Below, piece after piece: positions 10,376-19,859 of a stretch of DNA of 64,000 bases. This DNA is from Candidatus Bathyarchaeia archaeon. Lineage in GTDB: Archaea; Thermoproteota; Bathyarchaeia; 40CM-2-53-6. Below the pieces are notes generated by a model that was not told the origin of the DNA, did not search any database, and was given only the letters and a program-made list of their open reading frames with translations. The translations under genes were made by a program, and so were the position numbers. The DNA is taken from positions 352,001 to 416,000 of the forward strand of contig JBEKFP010000002.1 in the NCBI GenBank assembly GCA_050013255.1, given 5' to 3'. Numbering within the stretch: position 1 is the first letter of the stretch; every line of letters begins with the position of its first letter.

Positions 10376-10596
10376 GCACCGCGAAGGAACGCATAGAAGA
10401 AGCCATTACCCCCGCCGAAGTCACCCAAATCATTGGAAGAACTGGCGTAACCGGCGAAGTTATCCAGGTCCGTGTCCGAATACTGGAAGGACGCGATAAG
10501 GGTCGAGTCATTACAAGAAATATCAAGGGCCCAATCAGAACCGGCGACGTCTTAATGCTAAGAGAAACTGAAAGAGAAGCCAAAAAGATCCGGTAG
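10372..10596 (+). CDS. rps28e: 30S ribosomal protein S28e
   Basis: [32 protein letters not shown]. Confidence 0.96.
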   Translation: MSTAKERIEEAITPAEVTQIIGRTGVTGEVIQVRVRILEGRDKGRVITRNIKGPIRTGDVLMLRETEREAKKIR

Positions 10597-10613
10597 GGAG
10601 TCGCGCCTATAAT

Positions 10614-10808
10614 TTGCCGAGAACATTCAGGTGCTCGTTCTGCGGAAAGGACTTTCCGCAGGCTACTGGGATAATGTTCGTTAAGAATGATGGATCAATT
10701 CTATACTTTTGCTCATCAAAGTGCCGGAAAAGCCTCATGGTTTACGGAAGAGACCCTAGGAAGCTAAAGTGGACAGTTTACCACGGAAAGAAGGAAAGAG
10801 GCAAGTAA
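10614..10808 (+). CDS. rpl24e: 50S ribosomal protein L24e
   Basis: CSFCG...FCSSKC, PRKLKWT. Confidence 0.95.
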   Translation: MPRTFRCSFCGKDFPQATGIMFVKNDGSILYFCSSKCRKSLMVYGRDPRKLKWTVYHGKKERGK

Positions 10809-10819
10809 GGGAAGGAGAA

Positions 10820-11278
10820 TTGCAAACAGAGCAAACCTTCTCCTTCCTCAAACCCGAAAGCGTGATGCGAGGATTCATTGGGGAAATCGTTTCTCGTTTC
10901 GAAAGGAAGGGACTACTGCTACTTGGCGGCAAACTTATCCAGATGACTTCCGAACAGGCGCAGAAGCTGTACGAAGTACATAAGGGGAAACCGTTTTTCC
11001 AAGAACTCGTCTCCCACGTAACGTCAGGCCCAGTGTTTGTAATGGTTTGGGAAGGACCGAATGCCGTTAGTGTGGTTCGGGGTTTGGTGGGAGCTACGAA
11101 CCCACTGAATGCGGCGCCTGGCACGGTTAGAGGTGACTTTGCCCTCTCAATCACTCCAAATGCGATTCATGCCGCAGACTCACAAGATAACGCCAAACGT
11201 GAGATGTCCATTTTCTTCCAAACAAATGAGCTCACGAAATATTCGAAACCGACGGAACGTCAATTTCTGTTAAAGTAG
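10820..11278 (+). CDS. ndk: Nucleoside diphosphate kinase
   Basis: EQTFSFLKP, HKGKPFF, GATNP, PGTVRGDF, NAIHAADS. TTG start after GGAG. Confidence 0.95.
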   Translation: MQTEQTFSFLKPESVMRGFIGEIVSRFERKGLLLLGGKLIQMTSEQAQKLYEVHKGKPFFQELVSHVTSGPVFVMVWEGPNAVSVVRGLVGATNPLNAAPGTVRGDFALSITPNAIHAADSQDNAKREMSIFFQTNELTKYSKPTERQFLLK

Positions 11279-11279
11279 A

Positions 11280-13067
11280 TTAGAAGCCCCAGACGGGGTT
11301 CTCTCTCCTCTTAATTTGGATTAGTTCCTTAATTGTGACTTGGTCGCTCTCCATAAGTTCACTGGGAAACTTGGTCATGAGCGTTTTCAAATGTCTCTCT
11401 GGAACGTCAGCGTAGAAAGTATCGCCTTCGGAAATATTGCGTCCGACGACCCCGTCTTCTATTGAGACAGCAACCTGCATGCCGACCACGGCTTCCTGGA
11501 TATCCTTCCCTTGGTCCTGTACTCTCTGCACTTCGCCAAGTTTCCGCCCTGATGATGTGATCATGTGAATTTTCGGTTTCAGTCGGCCGGAAAGAATTTC
11601 GACGCCAACTATGGCAGGTTTGCTTCTCCTGAAAATAAGCCCGGTCAAGACCTTTGCTTTGCAGGGTCGCACGAGAAGGTCTAATTCGGCCTTTACTCCC
11701 GCCGTGCGTTGCTCATCGCTCCATCTTAGATAGTCCTCAATCATATGGTAGATTACGTCAGAGTGAAAGACCGGTATCCCAGCCACCTTGGCCTCCTCTT
11801 CAGCGTCGGGCAGAACCTTCACGTTGAAAGCCAAGACCACAGCCACGAGCCTGTCCTCTTGGCCCGCCGCCTCTGCCTCAACGACGTCTCGCCTCGATAC
11901 GTCGCCTATATCAGCGAGGCGAATCTGGACATCGTGGCGAGAGAGTTCCTCAGTCACAGCTTCGAGTGAACCAAGAGTATCCGTCTTCAGAACGATGCCC
12001 GATCTTTCCGCCTTGATTCGAAGCTTCTCAACCTCATCTTCAACGATTCGAGCATACTCCTTGGCGTTCTTTCCCTTTATAACCGCGTAAAGCGGAGAGC
12101 CAGCGAGTGCGGTCTCCAAGTTGGGAGCCGCGACCTTTACGCCTGATGCTGCAGTAACCCTCTTTACGCTTGTGAATCGGTCACGCGGGTCTCTGATTTC
12201 GTCTAGAGGCTTGGGGACCAGAATCGCGCGGACTTCGGTGATTATTGGTTTCTCTCGCCCGCCGAGTACTATTGTGTCACCGACCTTTAGTGAGCCGTCA
12301 TAGATGATGGCGTTGATAGTTTTCCCGAGGCCAGGTTCATCCTTTACCTCGAGCACAGTTCCCCTTGCCGGGCCCGAAGTGACTTGGAGTTCATTCGACA
12401 AGTATGCTTGAGTTAGGCCTGTCAGTATAGCGAGCAATTCGGGTATGCCTTCCCCAGTTTTGGCGCTGACGGGGACAATCGCGATAGTTTGGGTATAGTC
12501 GGAAATCCTGTCGAACCTCTCTGCGCGAAAGCCGAGCCTGGAAAGTGTTCCAATGATTGTGTATATGTGATTATCGAGTTCCGTCTGTATCTCGGGAACC
12601 TGATTCTTGAACGAAGTCAGGAAAGAGATTTCTGGTGCTGATTTCCATCCCTTGATTGCGTCAATTTTGTTCGCGGCCACTATGAACGGTGTCTTTCTAC
12701 TCTTCAGAATGTTTAATGATTCTACGGTTTGTGGCTCAACGCCCTTCATCACATCAATTACGAGGATTGCGATGTCAGCAGCAGAACCGCCCCTTCGCCT
12801 CAGGTTCGAAAAGGTCTCATGGCCAGGAGTATCAATGAAGAGCAAGCCAGGAACTTTGAGTTCGAAATGAAACTGCTTCAGTAACTCGCCGCAGATTGCC
12901 TCTATCGTCTTGCTTGGAAGTAAGCTGGCGCCTATCATTTGAGTAATCTGGCCAGCTTCTCGTTTCGCAACCGTCGTCCCCCGCAGCTTGTCCAATAGAG
13001 TTGTCTTTCCATGGTCTACATGACCGAGTACAACGACGATTGGCTGGCGAAGGGTCAACGTTCTCAC
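11280..13067 (-). CDS. infB: Translation initiation factor aIF5B (IF-2)
   Basis: LRQPIVVVLGHVDHGKT, DTPGHE, NKID, DTLGSLEA, IFRRSKPAIVG. Confidence 0.97.
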   Translation of the reverse strand: MRTLTLRQPIVVVLGHVDHGKTTLLDKLRGTTVAKREAGQITQMIGASLLPSKTIEAICGELLKQFHFELKVPGLLFIDTPGHETFSNLRRRGGSAADIAILVIDVMKGVEPQTVESLNILKSRKTPFIVAANKIDAIKGWKSAPEISFLTSFKNQVPEIQTELDNHIYTIIGTLSRLGFRAERFDRISDYTQTIAIVPVSAKTGEGIPELLAILTGLTQAYLSNELQVTSGPARGTVLEVKDEPGLGKTINAIIYDGSLKVGDTIVLGGREKPIITEVRAILVPKPLDEIRDPRDRFTSVKRVTAASGVKVAAPNLETALAGSPLYAVIKGKNAKEYARIVEDEVEKLRIKAERSGIVLKTDTLGSLEAVTEELSRHDVQIRLADIGDVSRRDVVEAEAAGQEDRLVAVVLAFNVKVLPDAEEEAKVAGIPVFHSDVIYHMIEDYLRWSDEQRTAGVKAELDLLVRPCKAKVLTGLIFRRSKPAIVGVEILSGRLKPKIHMITSSGRKLGEVQRVQDQGKDIQEAVVGMQVAVSIEDGVVGRNISEGDTFYADVPERHLKTLMTKFPSELMESDQVTIKELIQIKRRENPVWGF

Positions 13068-13439
13068 CCAAGAGTGGCATTTTCAACGGCCTGTAAAAGG
13101 ATGTTAGCCCCTTAAACTTTCGTTGCGTTTCAGGCAAGTTATGTCAAAAGGTTGTTACGGGTGGATACTCTCAAGCACCATGCCCAGGAGAGGTAAAACT
13201 CGTTAGAGGGACGAATTCAACCGTCCGCATCGACATACCTGCAATATCTGTATAGCCCACCTGTAAACTCATGCTGCAATCCTATACAAGAAATGTAGGT
13301 GTCCAATTTTTAGTAAACGATACTTTGGGTAAGTCTCATGTTTCTGTTCCGATATCGAATGAGCAGATAGATAAGGGGCCGCGAGGCATGTGCTGTTGAG
13401 TTAACGTTGCTTTTTGTGTGATTCTTCCAGATAGATGGT

Positions 13440-14822
13440 GTGAAGCCTATGCCAATACATCCATACATTCCCAACAGCGAGCCAGAAACAAAACGAGAAA
13501 TGCTCAGAGAGATTGGAGTGCGAAATGTCGAAGAACTTTTTGCCGTTATTCCCGAGAGAGTCCAGTTCAAGAAATCGCTCAATCTTCCTGAGCCTGTTTC
13601 TGAAAATCAGCTTAGGAAACGTGTGGAAGCTATCCTATCCAAGAATAAAACCTCAAGCGAAATACTTAGCTTCTTGGGCGCAGGTTGCTGGCCACATTAT
13701 GTTCCAGCTGCATGCGATGAGATTAATTCGCGCTCAGAATTCCTAACGGCCTACACAGGCGACGTCTATTCTGACTTGGGCAGATTCCAAGCTCTTTTCG
13801 AATTCCAGAGCATGATCGGCGAACTAGTCGGACTTGACGCGGTGACGTTCCCAACATACGATTGGGCTACGGCTGCAGGCGATGCGGTTCGCATGGCCGC
13901 GATCGTTACGAGACGATGTGAAGTCCTCGTTCCTAGAACTATCAGTTCCGACCGTCTTTCGGTTATCCGAGGTTTCTGTGAGCCGCTATCGAAGATCAAT
14001 TATGATCGCAATAGTGGGCAACTCGACCTTGAGGACATGCGGAAGAAGTTGTCTTCAGATACGGCCGCAATCTATGTTGAGAATCCAACATATTTGGGCT
14101 TTATCGAAACGCAATTGGAAGAGATAGGAGAGATAGCGCACAAGAATGGTTCATTGTTGATTGTCGGCGTTGAACCACTCTCGCTAGGCGTATTGACTCC
14201 ACCCGGGGAAATCGGGGCCGACATAGTCTGCGGCGAGGGTCAACCCCTAGGCTTGCATATGAGCTTCGGCGGTGCGTTGTCGGGCTTTCTCGCATGCCGC
14301 GACGAAGTGCGCTTTCTTGAAGCGACCGGTCATAGGTTAATCACGTTAACCAAGACCCAGCGCGAGGACGAAATGGGATTCGCATACGTCTTGCCTGAGA
14401 GGAGTATGTTCTCGTCGAGAGAGAAATCAGCCTCAATCACGGGCACAGGCACAGCCCTCTGGGCCATCACCGCCGCAACTTACCTTGCGTTGCTCGGTCC
14501 CAAGGGCATCCAGGAACTTGCCGAGGTAATCATGCAGAAGGCGCATTATGCCATGAGGCGCATGGCCAAACTCAAAGGTGTGCGAGTCCCACTGTTTGCC
14601 TCAACTCACTTTGAGGAATTTACAGTTAATTTCGATGGAATGGGAAAAACTGTGCGAGAGGTCAACAAGGCACTTCTAAAGCGTGGAATTCAGGGAGGGA
14701 AGGACATCTCCAAAGAATTTCCAGAGCTGGGCAACACAGCGCTTTACTGCGTAACCGAGGTTCACAGCATGGAGGACATCGACAGTCTCATCGAGGCGCT
14801 TGTGGAGATCGCAAGTCAATGA
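13440..14822 (+). CDS. gcvPA: Glycine dehydrogenase (P-protein) subunit 1-like
   Basis: HPYIP, SFLGAG, QALFEFQS, GADIVCGEGQPLG, REK, CVTEVH. Confidence 0.85.
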   Translation: MKPMPIHPYIPNSEPETKREMLREIGVRNVEELFAVIPERVQFKKSLNLPEPVSENQLRKRVEAILSKNKTSSEILSFLGAGCWPHYVPAACDEINSRSEFLTAYTGDVYSDLGRFQALFEFQSMIGELVGLDAVTFPTYDWATAAGDAVRMAAIVTRRCEVLVPRTISSDRLSVIRGFCEPLSKINYDRNSGQLDLEDMRKKLSSDTAAIYVENPTYLGFIETQLEEIGEIAHKNGSLLIVGVEPLSLGVLTPPGEIGADIVCGEGQPLGLHMSFGGALSGFLACRDEVRFLEATGHRLITLTKTQREDEMGFAYVLPERSMFSSREKSASITGTGTALWAITAATYLALLGPKGIQELAEVIMQKAHYAMRRMAKLKGVRVPLFASTHFEEFTVNFDGMGKTVREVNKALLKRGIQGGKDISKEFPELGNTALYCVTEVHSMEDIDSLIEALVEIASQ

Positions 14823-16381
14823 ATGACAGCGCCAGGTACCACGCCGCCCTGTGGAACGAGCCGCTCATCTACCAACTTGGAAGAACAGGAAGACGAGGCC
14901 TAACGGTACCAAAGGCTGAGAAGAAGATCAGGTCAAATGTTGGAGACGTTCTCTCGCATATCCCATCCCAAATCAGGAGAAAAGAGCCGCCGAAGTTGCC
15001 GGAGATTTCGGAACCCGAGGTGATAAGGCACTACATTCGTCTCTCGCAGGAGACCTATGGCGTAGATTCAGGAATAAGCCTCGGCGTCGGCACGTGCACA
15101 ATGAAGTACAGTCCCAAGGTCAACGAGTCGCTGGTAAAATCGAACAAGCTGACTGATGCACACCCACTGCAGGACGAGAGCACCGTTCAGGGAATTCTCG
15201 AGATAATGTTCAGACTTGGCGAGTTTCTCTGCGAAATATCGGGAATGGACGAATTCTCGCTTCAGCCGCGAGCTGGCGCACATGCGGTTCTCACCAACGC
15301 TCGGATTATCAAAGCATACCACAAATCCAAAGGCGAGTCAGAGCAGAGAAACGAAATCATCACAACGGTCCTTTCGCACCCGTGCAACGGTGCCGCCCCA
15401 GCGGTCGCAGGCTTCAAAGTCATAACACTGTACCCAGACGAGGAGACCGGTGTTCCAGACGTGGAGGCTCTGAAGGCAGTGGTGTCGCAACACACAGCGG
15501 GGTTAATGTTCACCTTTCCCTATGACACTGGCGTATTCGATCCGAACATCGACACATACTTCAAGATCATTCATGAAGCGGGAGGCTTAGTGGCGATCGA
15601 TCAGGCCAACGCCAACGGCGTCTTAGCTAGGCTAAGAGTTGGGGATGTCGGAGCCGACCTCTGCCAATTTAATCTACATAAGACCTTCTCTACTCCCCAT
15701 GCATCCTCAGGTCCAGGCAGCGCCCCAATCGGCGTCAAGAAACACCTGGTTAAGTTCCTTCCTGTCCCAACGGTAGAGTTCGATGGGAAAAAATACTCTT
15801 TGAATTACGACCACCCACAGAGTATCGGCAAGGTAGCCAGCTTCTACGGTGTCATTCCGAATGTTGTGAGAGCCTACGCATGGATACTGAGCATGGGCGC
15901 AAAAGGTCTGGAGGAAACCTCCGAAGTCGCCATTATAAACAACAACTACCTGATCAAGAAATTGCTCAAGATCCGCGGGGTCACGTTACCCTGGGTTAAG
16001 AGCCACCCCAGGAGACTTCAGGAAGCGAGATTCAGCCTCGAGAAGATGAAGCATGACACTGGAATCGGAATCGATGAAGTAAACTGCAGGATAGTGGATT
16101 ATGGGATACAGAAATGCTTCACAAGTCACGAGCCCTGGATAATACCTGAACCCTTCACACCAGAACCCACTGAATCAACTCCAAAAGAAGACATCGACAA
16201 GTTCGTTGAGGTCTTCAAGCGAATCTCTGACGAGGCGTACTTGAATCCCGAGATACTGAAGAACGCGCCACACAACTGTTCGATAGCAAAGATTGACTCA
16301 ACCCCGTCCAGAGATCCTAAGCAATGGGCTTTGACTTGGAGAGCTTACCTCAAGAAGCATCAAACTGGCGAAGAGGAATAG
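14819..16381 (+). CDS. gcvPB: Glycine dehydrogenase (P-protein) subunit 2-like
   Basis: RHYIRLSQ, CTMKYSPK, HPLQ, PLP lysine motif NLHKTFSTPH, EPTES. Confidence 0.88.
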   Translation: MNDSARYHAALWNEPLIYQLGRTGRRGLTVPKAEKKIRSNVGDVLSHIPSQIRRKEPPKLPEISEPEVIRHYIRLSQETYGVDSGISLGVGTCTMKYSPKVNESLVKSNKLTDAHPLQDESTVQGILEIMFRLGEFLCEISGMDEFSLQPRAGAHAVLTNARIIKAYHKSKGESEQRNEIITTVLSHPCNGAAPAVAGFKVITLYPDEETGVPDVEALKAVVSQHTAGLMFTFPYDTGVFDPNIDTYFKIIHEAGGLVAIDQANANGVLARLRVGDVGADLCQFNLHKTFSTPHASSGPGSAPIGVKKHLVKFLPVPTVEFDGKKYSLNYDHPQSIGKVASFYGVIPNVVRAYAWILSMGAKGLEETSEVAIINNNYLIKKLLKIRGVTLPWVKSHPRRLQEARFSLEKMKHDTGIGIDEVNCRIVDYGIQKCFTSHEPWIIPEPFTPEPTESTPKEDIDKFVEVFKRISDEAYLNPEILKNAPHNCSIAKIDSTPSRDPKQWALTWRAYLKKHQTGEEE

Positions 16382-16693
16382 ACTGGGCACTCAAACTTCG
16401 CCTCCAGAGAATGGATTCAGCAAGAAATTAAGTGGAGCCTATGGATATAGCAGCGTTCGAATATTCATTGATTCTCGTTCTTCACTATATCTGCCGAAGG
16501 TCCAGTCAAAGTCCGAGTCAAACTTGATGCTGAGTTTCATGGAAAAAGTGTAATGATCCACGCGTACGCCTTGCAAAAGGGAAAGCGTAATCACTTCTGG
16601 TATGTGGGTCTTCGCACGTGAATCCAGCAAGACGATAGATTCGTTGCGCTTTTTACATCCGACGGGATACGTTGGGCAGGCGTTCCGCTGTCA

Positions 16694-19561
16694 ATGGTCC
16701 TTCAAGAACCTAACGTCTTCGATGAGCTTGCGAAACCCATACGCGAGGCTATCGGAGAACGTGGCTTCACCTCCCCCACAGATCCACAACTGAAGGCAAT
16801 CCCTCAGATCCTAGCCGGCAAGAATGTTCTCCTAATTTCGCCGACGGCCTCTGGCAAGACTGAAGCCGCGATACTGCCGGTCTTGAGCATGTACATCGCA
16901 GACCGTGGGGAGGATCGGGGGATCAAGATACTCTACATCACCCCACTCCGTGCGTTGAACCGAGACATGCTCGAACGTTTCGAATGGTGGGGGAAGAAAC
17001 TTGACCTAAGAATCGCGGTCCGGCATGGCGATACTGAAACGAAGGAAAGAACACTTCAAGCAAAGAACCCTCCCGACCTGTTGATTATTACACCCGAAAC
17101 GCTCCAAGCGATTTTGACGGGCCGCATTATGAAGCGGCACTTGCAAGCCGTAAAGTTCATCATAATTGATGAAGTCCATGAGTTAGCCGAAGACAAGCGT
17201 GGCAGCCAACTCGCCCTCGCCCTCGAGCGACTTCGGTGGACGGCCATGCATGATTTTCAAGTCATCGGGCTTTCGGCGACTATAGGGACGCCTGAGAAGG
17301 TGGCTCAATTTCTTGTCGGTGCTGGGAGAGAAGCTACAATAGTTCACGTCCCTGTGGGCAGGGAGGTACACATTGAGGTTGCGTGTCCTAAGCCGGGTGC
17401 CAGGGATGTGGCCTTGGCCGCGCGACTCTACACTCACCCGGATGTGGCGGCTCGCCTCAGGCTCATGCGAGAGCTGATCGAATCCCATCGGTCCGTCATA
17501 CTATTTACCAACACTAGGGCAATTGCGGAGATTCTTGCAAGCAGAATGAAAGTCTGGGACGTTGACTTCCCAATCTCGATCCACCATGGTTCACTTGCCA
17601 AACCATCTCGCATCAGTGCCGAGAGGGGATTGAAAGATGGCCAACTTCGAGCGCTAGTTGCCACTTCATCCTTGGAGCTTGGGATTGATGTGGGTAAAGT
17701 TGACTTTGTGATACAATACATGAGCCCGCGCCAGGTCACCCGGCTCATCCAGCGTGTTGGTAGGAGCGGCCATAGGATTGGTAGAATCGCGGATGGAATG
17801 ATCGTGGCATTAGACTCCGACGACACCTTGGAGGCGATGGTTATTGCCCGGCGTGCTCTCGACGAGGATCTTGAGCCAGTTTCAATCCCATACAAACCAT
17901 TGGATGTCCTAGCCCACCAATTAGTCGGCTTGCTGATACAGAAAGGGAGGTGGTATGTCAACGAAATTATGGATATTTTCACGAAGGCCTACCCATACGC
18001 GGAGCTGACCGAACAAGATCTGATTGGCGTAATCAATTACATGCACTCCCGCTTTCCAAGGCTGGCATGGTATTCGCCGCAGGACAACGTAATCCTTAGG
18101 CCTCGAAGAATTAAGGCGCTTTTCACGTACTACTTTGGCAAGCTATCCATGATACCTGACGAGAAACAGTACTTGATTATTGACGAAGGAAAGGATGAAG
18201 CTGTTGGAGTTCTCGACGAAGCATTCGTCGCCGAGTATGGAGAGCCGGGTCGGAAATTCATAATCCGCGGGTCGCCTTGGAAAATGATGAGCATCCGAGG
18301 AGACAAAATATACGTTAAACCTATTCGAGATCCAACGGGTTCAATCCCAAGTTGGGTGGGTGAAGAAATTCCAGTCCCATATGAAATTGGCCAAGAAGTC
18401 GGTGCGATACGAAGGCGTATAGAAGAAGGCCTCGAAGCGAGGAGAAGTGGGTCCGACCTTGTCCAGGAGCTCTGCAAGGATTATCCAGCCGATTCTGAAA
18501 CCATAGATCGTTCGCTAAGCGAAACGTTCGAACAAATCTCGCTCGGCCTCAAAGTTCCCACGGATAGACGCATCCTGTTGGAGGACTGGGAAGATTTCGT
18601 TATTATTAACGCCCATTTCGGATTGTTGGTCAACAGGACACTAGCGCGATTGGTCGGGCACGTTCTGTCGGAGGAAATCGGCATTACGATAGGAGTCCAA
18701 CAAGACGCATACAGAATTGTTGTACAAACCTCTGGGTCAGCTAATGCGGAAAAAGTTGCGCAAACCCTCCGCAGACTCGCAACCATGGATGTCCAAACCC
18801 TCGTCTCTGAAGCATCGAAGAAGACCGGCTTGTTCAAACGCCGGTTGGTCCACGTCGCGAAAAGGTTTGGGGCCATAACCAAATGGGCGGACTTTGGAAG
18901 CGTCAACCTCCGCCAAGTGATGAAAAGCTTTGAGGGAACTGTAATCATGGAGGAGGCATTCAAAGAAACTATGGAGAAGGATTTGGACGTGCAGAACACG
19001 CTTCAGGTCATCACAAAGTTCGGCAGTGAAATCGAGCTTGTAGTGGCCCCTCGCACACAGGAAGCAAGCCCGATCGCAAGAATTGGAATCGAGCGAATAA
19101 GCCGAAAAACGGATCTAATTCCGCCTGAGAAAATGAAACGAATACTCGTTGAATCCGCAAGGGTAAGAATACTGAATGAATCGAGGACTTTGGCATGTCC
19201 AACCTGCTTGGCCTACGCCCGAATTCAAATGGTCAAAGATATGCCAACCGACTTCTCTTGCCCGAATTGCAAAACCGGCAAAATTGGAATCACTAGTGAG
19301 CTTCCTGAACTCGTCGCGAAGATTGGGAGTAAGAATGGACGTAAATTATCGGAACGGGAGGAGAGAGTTCGCGACGACCTCAAGGCCACCGCAGGGCTGC
19401 TCCAGAAATATGGGAAAGTAGCGGCATACGTGCTCGCTGGAAGAAGAATTGGCCCTGGAGAAGCTAAGGTTGTCCTTAGGCGGACACATCGCGTCTCGGA
19501 CCGACTCTTCGAATCCATTATGGATGCTGAGCGACGGGTCCTACGCCGACGATTTTGGTGA
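16694..19561 (+). CDS. lhr: Lhr-family SF2 DEAH-box helicase
   Basis: SPTASGKT, TPLRALNRD, DEVH, LSAT, HHGSL, SSLELGIDVG, QRVGRSGH, C-terminal CxxC/CxxC. Confidence 0.93.
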   Translation: MVLQEPNVFDELAKPIREAIGERGFTSPTDPQLKAIPQILAGKNVLLISPTASGKTEAAILPVLSMYIADRGEDRGIKILYITPLRALNRDMLERFEWWGKKLDLRIAVRHGDTETKERTLQAKNPPDLLIITPETLQAILTGRIMKRHLQAVKFIIIDEVHELAEDKRGSQLALALERLRWTAMHDFQVIGLSATIGTPEKVAQFLVGAGREATIVHVPVGREVHIEVACPKPGARDVALAARLYTHPDVAARLRLMRELIESHRSVILFTNTRAIAEILASRMKVWDVDFPISIHHGSLAKPSRISAERGLKDGQLRALVATSSLELGIDVGKVDFVIQYMSPRQVTRLIQRVGRSGHRIGRIADGMIVALDSDDTLEAMVIARRALDEDLEPVSIPYKPLDVLAHQLVGLLIQKGRWYVNEIMDIFTKAYPYAELTEQDLIGVINYMHSRFPRLAWYSPQDNVILRPRRIKALFTYYFGKLSMIPDEKQYLIIDEGKDEAVGVLDEAFVAEYGEPGRKFIIRGSPWKMMSIRGDKIYVKPIRDPTGSIPSWVGEEIPVPYEIGQEVGAIRRRIEEGLEARRSGSDLVQELCKDYPADSETIDRSLSETFEQISLGLKVPTDRRILLEDWEDFVIINAHFGLLVNRTLARLVGHVLSEEIGITIGVQQDAYRIVVQTSGSANAEKVAQTLRRLATMDVQTLVSEASKKTGLFKRRLVHVAKRFGAITKWADFGSVNLRQVMKSFEGTVIMEEAFKETMEKDLDVQNTLQVITKFGSEIELVVAPRTQEASPIARIGIERISRKTDLIPPEKMKRILVESARVRILNESRTLACPTCLAYARIQMVKDMPTDFSCPNCKTGKIGITSELPELVAKIGSKNGRKLSEREERVRDDLKATAGLLQKYGKVAAYVLAGRRIGPGEAKVVLRRTHRVSDRLFESIMDAERRVLRRRFW

Positions 19562-19619
19562 CTGAAAGTGGCGCGTTAGTGTACCTCCACAAGAACGATA
19601 AGCGGGAGGAGTCAAGAGC

Positions 19620-19687
19620 TTGTGGGCAATGACGAAAGCTGGTATTGGATTAACCTGTGATCGAAGAAACCAGACCGGAGCCCACAA
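19620..19687 (+). ncRNA. Candidate K-turn / box C/D-like small RNA
   Basis: 8-bp terminal stem TTGTGGGC/GCCCACAA closing a standard kink-turn (AAU bulge, G.A and A.G pairs, then C-G and G-C). C-like ATGACGA and D-like CGGA boxes. Confidence 0.45.
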
Positions 19688-19799
19688 AGCCAGTGACGTT
19701 CAGAACACTCCACGAATCAAGCGGTCTTGTCGAACCAGGGGATCCTGCGAATTATGACCCTCAGTACGAACATTCCCTACGAGAGACGCGTTTGGGAGC

Positions 19800-19810
19800 T
19801 TTTATATAAA
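19800..19810 (+). promoter_or_regulatory. TATA box of peptide ABC operon 1
   Basis: TTTTATATAAA about 50 nt upstream of the solute-binding protein ATG. Confidence 0.6.
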
Positions 19811-19859
19811 CCAACGACTCCTGTCTCCCCCACGGAAATTTTGGAGGAAAATAGCGTAA

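Noticed and set aside
13165-13230. Glycine riboswitch upstream of gcvP (CTCTCAAG and GGAGAG present)
   Set aside because: The elements are in the wrong order and the CCGAAG core is missing.
16390-16690. Short ORFs between gcvPB and lhr
   Set aside because: No recognisable motif or good start. A gene remnant is possible but unsupported.
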